Source: Heteronotia binoei (Eukaryota). Taken from it: a stretch of 64,000 nucleotides of DNA. Positions 46,451 to 58,400 of the stretch are shown in pieces (the stretch's first letter is position 1; each line of letters starts with the position of its first letter). The notes beneath the pieces are model-generated. The model searched no databases and was not told the origin of the DNA. It saw only the letters and a program-made list of their open reading frames with translations. The stretch spans positions 45,136,001 to 45,200,000 of the forward strand of contig NC_083226.1 of NCBI RefSeq assembly GCF_032191835.1, written 5' to 3'. A program made the translations under genes and the position numbers.

Positions 46451-49400
46451 TGATTGTGGCTCGTCTTAACCCTTTTCGTCCTGCCACAGTTGTTTTGGTT
46501 CGGTGTTTTGTATTTCTCACTCGTAAAAATATTCTTCCGTTCCAACCCGAAAATATGTCTTGGAAGAAGGCGAAGAGAACCGTCCAGGAGCCCGATCCAG
46601 CCTAATTTTAGTGTCATTTACTCCCATTGATTCTTAGAAGCCATTCTTGGCGGGGTTAGGAAACCTTGATTTATAGAATTTGTCACAGTAACATTTCCAG
46701 GCTTTCCTTTTACGAGAGCCGGATTAATAAATAGGCCTCCACGCCTTTAGGAGCCCCGGGCGGCTCCCCCGCCCTGGTTTTCTCCCTGCTTGCAGCCCTC
46801 CCAGCCCACATATGCAGCCAGCAACTGAACTGCTCTTTGCGCAACTTGCCTGGTATGGCTGCTGCTGGCGTTGTCACCAAGTTTGCCTCTCTCCTGCAGC
46901 TTAGTAAAAGGGTTTTTTAAGAAGGTGGCTGCAGGGGGGGCCTTGGGCAGCGGGGCTGGAGCTCAGACTCTATTTGCTAGAGGCCCCAAGATTTTGACTG
47001 CCTAGGGGCCTCCACAGAGTTTAAGTTGGCACTGCCTCTTATAGAGTTGACCAAATCAAAGAGTATTGATCCGAAAATGGGAAACTTAAAGAAAAAAAAA
47101 TCCTGAGCTTACAAGTAATAGAATGTTTCCTCTGGAAATCAAATTTCAGGGAAAACATTTTTTAAAAACATGACGTTAGTGTTTCTGTTTAAAGGGTTAA
47201 GGAAAACATGACAAGAATTTGAAATTGGAAACCTGAAGCAAAGAAACTTAATTTTTTTTGGTCAATCAGACCAAAGGGCTATCAAATCCTTGTATCCCAG
47301 CATCACATAATGGTGGAGGTACTTGCTCTGTTACCGTATAGTTTGTCTCTAACATTTACTAATCAGAAAGAGAAGGCACTTCTGAATATAGTTTTTCTCT
47401 TTAATAATCCTGGTGAATAGCTGATAGATCCATCTATGTTGCCTAATCATCTTTTATAGTTTTTTAAGCTAGTATTGTGGCAAGGAATGAATTATAAATT
47501 GCATGAGGACAGGTCTGAGAATTGGTACAACGTTATTACATGCAGTACTGGATCAGCCTATTCAAGTCTGTTAAGCTCAGAACCTTGTATTCTGTGCAGT
47601 AGGGTGACCATAATGTCTGAAGGCCAGCCAGGGACACGTTGGGGGGGGGGAAAGGTAGGGGTGCGCGCGCCGCCGGAAACAGGAAGTGACGTCACTTCCG
47701 GTGATGTCATGCCACCACAGGAAACAGGAAGTGACATCACTTCCTGTGACATCATTTCCCTGCGTCACCTGCCGGAAACAGGAAGTGACGTCACTTCCGG
47801 TGACGTCATGCCACCACAGGAAACAGAAAGTGACATCACTTCCTGTGGCATCATTTTCCTGCGTCACCTGCCGGAAACAGGAAGTGACGTCATGCCACCA
47901 CAGGAAACAGGAAGTGACATCACTTCCTGTGGCATCATTTCCCCGCGTCACCTGCCGGAAACAGGAAGTGACGTCACTTCCGGTGACGGCATGCCACCAC
48001 AGGAAACAGGAAGTGACATCACTTCCTGTGACATCATTTCCCCGCGTCACCTGCCAGAAATGGGAAGTGACATCACTTCCTGTGACATCATTTCCCCCAA
48101 ATGACATCATTTCCCCCAAATGCCACTGCTGGAAACAGGAAGTGACTTCACAGCACTTCCTGTGACATCCCCAAAAATCCCCCAAATATCACCGCCGGAA
48201 ACAATTTTGTTCTGAAATCCTGTATATACTTCATCAGTATATGGGATAAGGCACTTTCTCAACTGTGCTGCATAATGCAGCCTATTTATTTTGTCCTGTT
48301 TGCTCTGTTGGCTCTATCTGCGACATCTTCATCACTTTCGGGGTGTGGATCCCCCCGTGGGGTGGTCTCCCGACTCCCTCCGCCGGCTGTTTCTGATAGC
48401 CCTGCGCCCCCTCTTTCATTTGATATGTGTCCCGTGCGGGTGCCACCCTCCCACCGGGAGATGCCGCAAAATGAGCCCCCTTGAGGCTTATGGCGGCAGG
48501 GCTCGGGGGAAGCGAGCTAGACTGCTGTTCTTTTGAGGGGTTATAGAGTGTTTCGAGCCCGTCCCTGTGTCATCGGTCCCATCGTTGTGGGACCCAGGGG
48601 GCCGGCGCAGCGGCACGCCGAAGCAGCCTGTCACTAATAACACAGGTCGAGATGCAGGACAGGAACCCGGAAGTGACCGACAGGCTGCTTCAGCGTGCCG
48701 CTGCGCCGGCCCCCTGGGCCCCACAACGATGGGACCGATATAGCCAGCCCGGGAGGCGGGAATAGGGGGCCAGAACCGGGACATTCCCGGGCTCCCGGGA
48801 CGGTCTGGCCACCCTACTGTGCAGCAACACCTCTGAATGGAGGCTTTTCCCAGTCTACCTGAAATACTTTTAACTGGAGGTGCCAGGGGGTATCCTTGTA
48901 GTCCAGAGCTCTCTGTATACCAAACATATACTATGTCTCCCCTTCCATGGCCCACAGTGAGGGAGTAGGACTGTCTTCTATTGCAGTGCTGACTATATGT
49001 GTGTTCTTGTTTTTTAAACACCATCTTCCTCCTTTGTTAGCCCATTTTCTGCATTTTGGTATGGCATGTGTTGGGCAGGGTTGTTGTTTTCCAGTTCTAC
49101 ACTCCTATGCTTACTACATTGTTTATTGGCTGCCTTATGCTATTTTTTTTGTTTTTGTCTTGAATTAACCTAGCTTTCTCTCTTTTGGGACCCAGGGTAG
49201 AACATATAAGGAATAGAACACAGCACAACCACCAGCAATACTCACAGATAGCCCACAAATATGAATAGAACCATCCTTTGACCAAATACAATTATAACCA
49301 ACTTTTACCATCCTTATAAAAAGTTGTTTTAAATCTCTTCCAAAACCTCAAGAGAGTTGAAGCCTTTCTCACTGACTGTGGTGTGCGTAGCCACAGTCCT

Positions 49401-52400
49401 TATCTCCTTACCAAATGGAATACATACCAAACCTTGCTGCAAGGATCTTAACTGCCTTCTATATGGGGCAGCATGCGCCTGCGAGTATAAGAGTCGCAGA
49501 TTCTACCATTTATTTTGCTGCATATCTTGATATGTTACCTGAGAAATGCTTGGAATACTCTAAAGTGCTATATAAATGCTGTGTATTTTTACTGCTTTTG
49601 TTATTTCCTTGAGCAATCATTTTTATTGAACTGCTCTTAATTGTAGTATTTAAAGAGAATCCTCTTGATGGAGACTCAGGTGATGCATATCGCCAAGGAG
49701 GTGGTTTTCCATCTGTGCCAAGTTCAGCAGCTGGCTCCTCTCCTATCACACACGGACATAACCACAGTAATCCATGCAATGGGCACCTCCAGATTAGACT
49801 ACTGCAACTCACTGTACTCTGGCCTACCCCTGAGACTGACCTAAAAACTCCAGTGGGTCCAAAATACGCTGGCGTTGGTCCTGACAGACAGCGCATATTT
49901 AACTGGTGCTGCTCCAGTTGCATTGGCTCCTGGTGGAGTACCAAGTCAGATTCAGGGTTTTGGTTTTGACCTTTAAGGCCTTAAGCGGTCTGGGACTAAT
50001 GTCTCTGCAGAACCATCTCCTCATGTATGTCCCTAGAATAGTATTATGGTGATCTCTGACCCTAGGGAGGAACGGCTGTCCTCAACCAGGGTCGGGGACT
50101 TTTTGTTTCTGGCCCTAACCTGTTGTAACTCTCTGCAAGAAGACATCAGGACCCTGCAGGACTGTATGCAATTCCGGAGGGCCTGTAAAGCAGAGATGTT
50201 CCTCCATGTCTTTAGTTGAAGGCAGAGACGGTTTGTTCTCAGCTGGCACTTTCCCCTTTTATTTCCTCCCCAGGCACTCTGTTTCTCTCCCTCCTGCCAC
50301 ATCATGCCCTAGTAGTCCAGGATGCAGAAATCTTATAGGGTGCCATCTGGGACTTCTAAATAATTTTAAAGTAATTTATTGTGTTATTTTAACTGTATAT
50401 TGTTTTAATTTATGTTGTACGTCACCCAGAGCCTGGCATAAGCTGGGATGGGGCAATCGAGTTTAATAAATAACAGTAACTACAACATCTCAATCCACTC
50501 TCTGCACTTTTCCTATGTAAATATATTTGTTGACCTTCTGATCTTTCAGATCAGACATGTGGAATTCAGGCTTATGAAATATCATGTTAAAATACCGACA
50601 TACACAATTGCTTCCGTCCAGTTTGTGAAGCTCTATGATTTTAGGTTATACAAAATCATGCAGAAAGCTATTACTTTCTGTATACAAGCAGTTTAAGTGA
50701 CCCATGCTGCAATCCTAAGGACGCTTTTTCAGTTAGTAAGATCGATTGCATAACGTGAGACTTACTTCCAAGTAGACTTTCTTAGGCTTGCCCCCTCAGT
50801 TCTCTAGGTAGAGCTTAGTTGCTAAGATTATCCAGTAAAAGAAGTGTTCTTCCAGTAGATGACTGAAACATTTTTCTCTCTTTATATTTTAGGAAACAAA
50901 AAGTACTCTACAAGTTTCAGAAAAGGAGGAGGTGGGAGAAGAGCCCAGTGACATAGAAGAAGGTGGATTAGACCTCAGTGTTCAACTGAAGCCAGTTAGT
51001 TTCTACATTACAGACAAGAAGGAAATGCTTCAACAGTGCTTTTGTATCATAGGAGAGAAGAAATTGCAGAAAATGCTGCCTGATGTTTTAAAGGTAAGAA
51101 CATAAGAGAAACCATGTTAGATCAGGCCAATGGCCCATCCAGTCCAACACTCTGCGTCACACAGTGGCAAATTTTTTTTATGTGTATATGTGTGTGTGTG
51201 TATACACACACACACACACACTGTGGCTAATAGCCACTGATGGACCTCTGCTCCATATTTTTATCTAAACCCCTCTTGAAGGTGGCTAGGCTTGTGGCTG
51301 CCACCACCTCCTGTGGCAGTGAATTCCACATGTTAATCACCCTTTGGGTGAAGAAGTAAGGTACTGTTTATTAGTTTGAGAATGCTTACTGTTTGCAGTT
51401 TTGCTTAAAAAATATTAGCCACTATGTTGGCTAATAATGTAAACAAGATCACTAAAACATCCTCATGAAATGAATCTCCCCCCCTCCAAATTAGTATAAT
51501 TAAATTATACCTATATTTTCAAATGTTCATGCAAACTGGTCTTGTCTTTTTAGGTTATATTAGTGTTTTTTTAATGAAAGTTAAGGGAAAAATGACAAGA
51601 CATTCAATAAACCAAGTCTGTCATTACAGCTTGTTTATTTGGGGCAGGAGGGAATCAGAAGGATGCCATAAAGCCCTTTTCATGTTTCCTGCAGTTATAT
51701 TTGAGCTGGAATTGGAACAATATTTCATATATTAAAGGTGTACTACACTTATCTCCTGTTGGCTGCAATCATGTATGAAGTAAGGTTGCTTAGATCTCAT
51801 TGGTGGTAGAGGGATTTAATGCAGCCTAACTGCATGGAGGAGTGCAGCTGTTGTCTTTTCACTGGATTACGTAAAGGATGCAATAGAAGTGAAATGATAA
51901 GACCTTTTGGCCTACTTAATTATTTCGTCAAAAGAGCTCATAAACAGCAAGTGATATGAAATTTTGCTTTGGCAGAAGACTGGTTGAATAGTTTGGGGAT
52001 ATAACAAAGTTAGAGTCCAGTGGCACCAGTTCGGGGATATGTTATTCATAACCAAACTTATTTGGTTAGGTTTAGAGAAGGTGAAGAAAAGTCCAAAAGG
52101 TATTGTTCCTTTATGGATAATTGGAAACTTTTTGTTATCTCTTGGAATCATTAATTTAATTGGAGTGTTCCTGTTATTATTTTATGGCTGTAATGGCTCT
52201 TTCTTTATTTTTGTGGTGGTTACCCATATGAGCGTTTGTCTAGATTCAGTTAAAAACATCGTGTTGAGATACCACGTCAGCATGTGTTTTCTCGGAGCCA
52301 GCCATGCATAGGCCTCATTAGACATCTAAAATACTCAAGCATCAGCATCATGTTTCTTTGTCTTCAGGTGATGAGGCACCTGGGTTGTTCCAGCCATACC

Positions 52401-55400
52401 CAACAGTCAAACTACATTGCCACTTCTATGCTCTCTTCCTGCACATGCTCCAGCATCTGCCCTTTTCAGTATAATCTTATCACTTTTGACACCACAATGT
52501 TCAATATTTGGACTGTCAGCTGATTAGAGAATTTTTTGCTGGTTAATAGTCTTCCTCTTAAATGGTTCTAAATTTTGCATATCAGCAAAGTTGCCATTAA
52601 CTGATATTCACAAGAGGGAAAAATAGTTTTCCATTTAAACCAGTAATTCTCAAACATGGAATGAGAGAACTGCTTTTGCTGCAGGCAATAATTAAAAGCT
52701 CCTATGGGTCTAAGAACCTACTTGCTGAGGAAGCTGCCATCTGCATGAAATGCTATTCTGGGCTTGCCTTCTTCCAACCAGAACAGTGGCTCAGAGGTAT
52801 AAACAGGGCAGGGAGGCAAGGGCTCCTGTGCAAGCAGAAACACTGTACTGTGCCACATTCTAAAAGTAAACATTTCTGGATGTAAGTGAAGCGTGGCTTC
52901 AGGTTTAACACTACAAAAACTGCTGCAGCTGTCAGAAATCTGGGAAGTGCTGGACTAAAGCTGTGTAGAAAAGAAGAAACAACTTTCATATTTTTCATTG
53001 TTGTGACCTACAGGTTTGTTAAATTTCAGCCATTAAAATGTTTTCATGCTGATTAATCAACCAAGGTTTTCCCTGATTAACCTACCAATTAACACTTGGG
53101 AGCCCTATATAATGTGTGCCAGCCTATGCATTTATGATGCAGTTCAGCAGTAGTTCAGCAACATCAGACAGCTACAAAGACACTCTTTATCTGTGTATGT
53201 TTTTAAAAGAAATACTATTGCACAGTCCTTGGAACTGAGCAGGCTGGAAATGTAAATAACATTAATTACAGTGGCATATGGAATAATGTAGTATATAATT
53301 ATAGTATTTCCACTGGGATGTTGAAATTTTTCTTTAATTGGACGTAACGCCAATGCCATCAGAGATGAGTGTGGCAACCTGGCAGTTTATAAATAAGTCA
53401 TTTATAATTAAAAAAGAGCAATAGTCCCAAGAGACTTTCTGATGTACTATATAGTAACTCCAGGCAGGATTTAAGAATAAACTAACAACATAGTACACAT
53501 TTTGCGGTGTTTCAGTCGGTCAAGGAAAGGCAAAAATATTCAGATTTATAATATAATGTGCAGCCTGGAGTTAATAAATATTTTAATGTGGAGTGAGCAG
53601 AGAGATTCACTCTCCCTTATCCACTCTTTGTTGCATTTCTTTCCCAAGGCTCCAGAGGAGGCTCAGTATTAGAGTTTCCATAGAATCATCCAGCCAGCTA
53701 CATGGAGGTCCACTGCCACATAGTATCTTTGCAGATGGGTCTTCTGGCCCCCATACATTTTTACAAGCATGCTTACATCTCTGTGTTGGTGGCTTACAAG
53801 GAAAAATATTACTGTTAGGTTGCCTGGTCCCACCAGGCTACTGGCAGTTTGCAAGCCTGCCACAGAATTTGAAGTGGACTGGAATGTCTTGGAGTAACTG
53901 AAAATGCTGGAACACGGCAGAGTTCTTGCCAAAGGGCAGATGCTGGAGCATGTGCAGGAAGAGAGCATAGAAGTGGCAATGTAGAAGTGGCAGAGTTTCT
54001 TGTTCTTGTTTTTCTGATAATAGTGGTTTAATAAACTAGGGTCTGAAATGGCAATTTTGAATTGGTTGCAGATCTTGGGTAAGGGAAATCCTAACTAGGT
54101 TATAATCACAGTTAGTGTCACTTGGCTTGATTGTTGTTAGAGGTGGATTTTATTCAAGAAGAGGGAAGGATAGTAGTCTTCAAGGAACCAGTGTTTGTAT
54201 TCAGACATCTAATTGATCACAGTTAAATAAAAATGTTCATGGACCCAGCTTGTGCGTGCATGCATGCATGCCTGTTTCCTCCTTATTTTTCTCTCCTCAC
54301 TCTTTTTGCTCAATGGGATCCTCACCTGCCCTGGTTTAGGGATCCCAGTCATTGGGGAACAGCAAATTTCTGGTTAACTTGCATGCTGACTTCTTTTGCC
54401 TCATAAGCAGTGGAACTAGTCTTAAACCACCATGCTTTCATTGTACTTCACAAGGAAAAGTAGATGGAAGCTACAATTAGGGCTTGAGAACATTTTTACT
54501 TAACCATAGTTTAATTGGGTGTTTGACTGCAATGTTACATCTGTACTCATATTGTCTAATGTTTTAAGAAACATACAGTTGCATAATAAGTTAGCTTCAA
54601 GGTTCACTGGTGCTCTTTGTATGATCAACATGCCTTCAAAATCATTTCATTGTAAAGAGAAGATTGTATTAAAACTTTACGTGTATTAAAACTTTAGACA
54701 TTCCTTAGGAGTAGGACTGATCTTATCCATAAGGTTATAGACCAGTAGTGGCAAACCTATGGCATGAGTGCCAGAGGCGACACTCTGAGCCCCCTCTGTG
54801 GGCACGCGTGCTCCCTGCCCCCCCCGCACACAAGTCTCTGGAGTCATATCTCATTGAAGCTCCTCCTCTCCCCAAACTCAGGCTCCTTCCCCCAAATCTC
54901 CAGGTATTTGCCAACCCAAACCTGGCAACCCTAACTGGGCCCTCCTTCAGAGAGACAACAGGGTACTCCAACCTTTTTGAGCTCATGGGCACCTTTGGAA
55001 TTCTGACGGGGGAGGTGGGTGCAACCATAATGCAGCCCCCAAGCACAACACACAGAGGAAAATTCCTTGCAGGTGTTCCTGCAGTTTTAGGGAGGGGGTT
55101 AGATGGGACCCACTAGGGCAGGGGTGGCCAAACTTGCTTAACATAAGGGCCACATAGAATAAATATCAGATGTGTGAGAGCCACCAAACACAAATGTCAG
55201 ATGTATGAGAGGAAGGAAGGAAAATAGGTGGGGAGGGAGGAAGAGAGGTGGAAAGAAAGCAACTTGAACTTTAAATGCATTCTCCAAGCCACAGGCTGGC
55301 TTGGCTTGAAGAAGTAGTTTAAAGAGACAAATGCCTTCTCTGGTGGGGGCTTCAAGAGCCACACAATGTTGTGAAAGAGCACCATGTGGCTCCCGAGCCA

Positions 55401-58400
55401 CAGTTTGGCCACCCCTGCACTAGAGGGATGGGTATAAGGCGGCTTCACATTTTCATGTGGCCAAGACTTGGTTGCGTTTCATATTTCAAAACTGTTGTGG
55501 CATGGTCCAAGCCGAAGGGAAGAAGAGAGCATGGGGATGGGGGGGGGGGAGGAGAGATCATGACCTTGAATCAACTACATTTTTTTGAAGGGATGTGGGA
55601 TTATTACAGGAAATGTTGGATCCCACTAATTTGGCAGAAACTGCGGCCAGGATTGCCTCTGGTTTAGGAGTGGAAAGGGCGGAACTGCAGGCTTTCTTGC
55701 TTTCAAATACGATGCTTCTGATAGTAGTATCTGAGCAGAGCTGTTTCAAGCTATAGGGACCATAAGGCAAATTGTTGATAACCTGTTTTTGAACTGTTGC
55801 ACTGCTGTTCTGATTTCTCGGAGCATCCCTGACAAGTGTTTGTCCAGCTGCTGCTTAGCGACTGCCAGTGAGGGGGTCGATTGCACTGTTGAACAACTCT
55901 TACTGTTAAAAAGTTTTTCTTATGCCAGCGTTTCTCCTCTGCTGCCAGCAGGAACAGCTCTCTGCCCTCCTCTAAGTGGCAGCCCTTCTAATACTTTAAA
56001 ATAGCAATCATGTCTCCCCCTCAACCTCCTCTTATCCAAACTGAATATCCCCAAGTCTATTTGCCTTTCCTCATTGGGCTTGCTCTCCATGGTTTCTCAG
56101 AAGTAATCTACAGTGAGCACTGTGGCTCCTACTCTCTACACATGCACAGGATTGCAGTTTAGTTTAAAGAAAGAAGATATTGGATTTATATCCCACCCTT
56201 CACTCTGAATCTCAGAGCAGTTCACAATCTCCTTTATCTTCCTCCCCCACAACAGACACCCTGTGAGGTAGGTGGGGCTGAGAGAAGCTTTCCCAGAAGC
56301 TTCCCTTTCAAGGAGAGCTCTGTGATAGCTATGGCTGACCCAAGGTCATTCCAGCAGCTGAAAGTGGAGGAGTGGGGAATCAAAACCGGTTCTCCCAGAT
56401 AAGAGTCCACACACAACCTCTATACCAAACTGGCCCTTCTTTCTCACATCAGACTTTCTAGTTAATACAATTCAGACTATCCCTGAAGTTTCCAAGGGTA
56501 GCCGTGCTGGTCCATAGTAGAACAACTAGATTCAAGTCCAGGAGCACCTTAGAAGATTTGGGGGAGGGGGCACAAGCTTTCCAGCATTAGAGCTCCCTTG
56601 ATTAGATAAAAGGAGTTTTGACTCTCAAAAATCTTGTTCTCTAAGGTGCTGCTGGGCTCAGATTCAGCCATATAAATCAGTTGACTCCTTTCATCAACTT
56701 AATTTATTAGCTAACATCATGTATCCCCTGCCTTCCTCCCCAAAAGGACACTGAAATGGTTTGACACGCTCTCCCCTTCTCTTTTATCCTCACAACGAAC
56801 CTATGAGGCAGGTTAACTCAGAGTATATTACTGGTCCAAGGTTTTCCAGCAAGCTGCCAGGGCAAAGTGGGCATATGAATCAGGACCTCCCAGATCTGAA
56901 TTGGACACCCTAACCGCCAGCTCCTACTAAACACACTATATTTTAAGGTATTCTTTTCTCCTAATGGCAAACTAGAATGATGTTTATAATATATGTTACA
57001 TGTTCAGAAGTAAATTAGGTGAACAGGAACACCTCTGGGAAAGGCATGTTCTCAGTTTAACCCAGACCTGCAAGCAACAGAACAATGAACAGCCTCCATT
57101 TATTGCCTTATGACACTCTCACCATCATTCTCCCATTCTGACATGTTACTATTTTGTTGGTTTCCTAAGCAAATGCTATCAAATGTGTTTTCAGTGTGTT
57201 AATTTCACTATGAGTTGTGTTTTTCTAAACTAAAACCTCAGTATTCAGGTTAAATTGCCGTGTTGGCACTTTGCAATAAATAAGTGCGTTTTGGGTTGCA
57301 GTTTGGGCACTCGGTCTCTAAAAGGTTCACCATCACTGTTATAGACTGTTTTCTTGAATATAATTAATGAAAACAGAAGTTTGAATAATCTGCATGGAAT
57401 TGTCAGGATTCGGACAGAAATGTTGTTAGAACACGGGTCTCCACTTTCCAGTGTGGTGGCCAGGAATCCCATTGAGCCTCCCAGCACTCTTTCTGGTGCC
57501 TATCAAGTGTTTTAGAAAGTGGACAGGATTTGTGATTGGCTATTGGAGATATGATTGGCTGTGCAGCTTTTTAAAAAAGGTTGCTTTGGCAGCAGGTGCT
57601 AACATAGCACAAGGGTTTTCCCTGTATGACTAAAGATAAACTCTGTTTATAAAAATATTATCTTGGAAACAATATGTTCAGAGTTTCTTCCTGAAATTGT
57701 GAGGTGTTACTGTGAGGTGTTACTGTTAAAAGTTATGCAGAACTTTGCTCACTGATATTTTGTGGCAGGCTGTACATCCTGTGACAGCCATTTTGTGGTT
57801 GCACCCACCACCGTGTCAAAATGTCAAATGTGTCCACATGCTTTAAAAAGCTGGAGACCCCCGATGTTGCATATTTGTTACTTAACTGACATTTTCTTAA
57901 CATTCTTTATTGTAGAACAAAGTTTGTCTAGTGGCACCTTTAAGACCAACAAAGTTTTATTCAAGGTATAATTTTTGTGTGCAAGCACACTTCAGTTTCA
58001 AGCTTATATCTTGAATAAAACTTCGTTGGTCTTAAAGGTACCACTGGACTCAAAACTTTGTCCTGCTACTTCAGACAACATGGCTACACACCTGAATCTA
58101 TTCTTTATTACAGTTATAAGCTTTTGTTTGACTTGTCGAAACTCTTTTCTAAAATGTTATTGGGTAACATTTTTTTCAAAACTTAACTTTGCCTAGAATT
58201 GTTCCATAGAAGAAATCAAAAGGCTTTGTCTTGAACAGTTGGAACTCATGTCTGAGAAGAAATTATTGAAAATTCTTGAAGGTAAGCATTTTTATAGAAT
58301 ACAGTGATACATGTAAGTTGGTATTATATTACTCTGAAGCTATGTCCAGTAAAATCCTTAGCTGAATCTCTACTAAAACTTTGTGAACCCCCTGTGAGCC

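Larger units (their letters stand above)
54743..57338. mobile_element. hAT-bounded composite element (2596 bp)
   Basis: Ends cagtagtggcaaacc / ggttcaccatcactg; perfect 8-bp TSD ttatagac on both sides. Confidence 0.8.

Noticed and set aside
47475-48185. Three long ORFs (209, 202, 159 aa) with 33-aa repeats such as PETGSDVTSGDVMPPQ
   Set aside because: They result from a 99-bp repeat that happens to lack stops in several frames on both strands, inside a non-autonomous transposon with no splice or promoter context. The in-frame 15-bp deletion is expected by chance one time in three.
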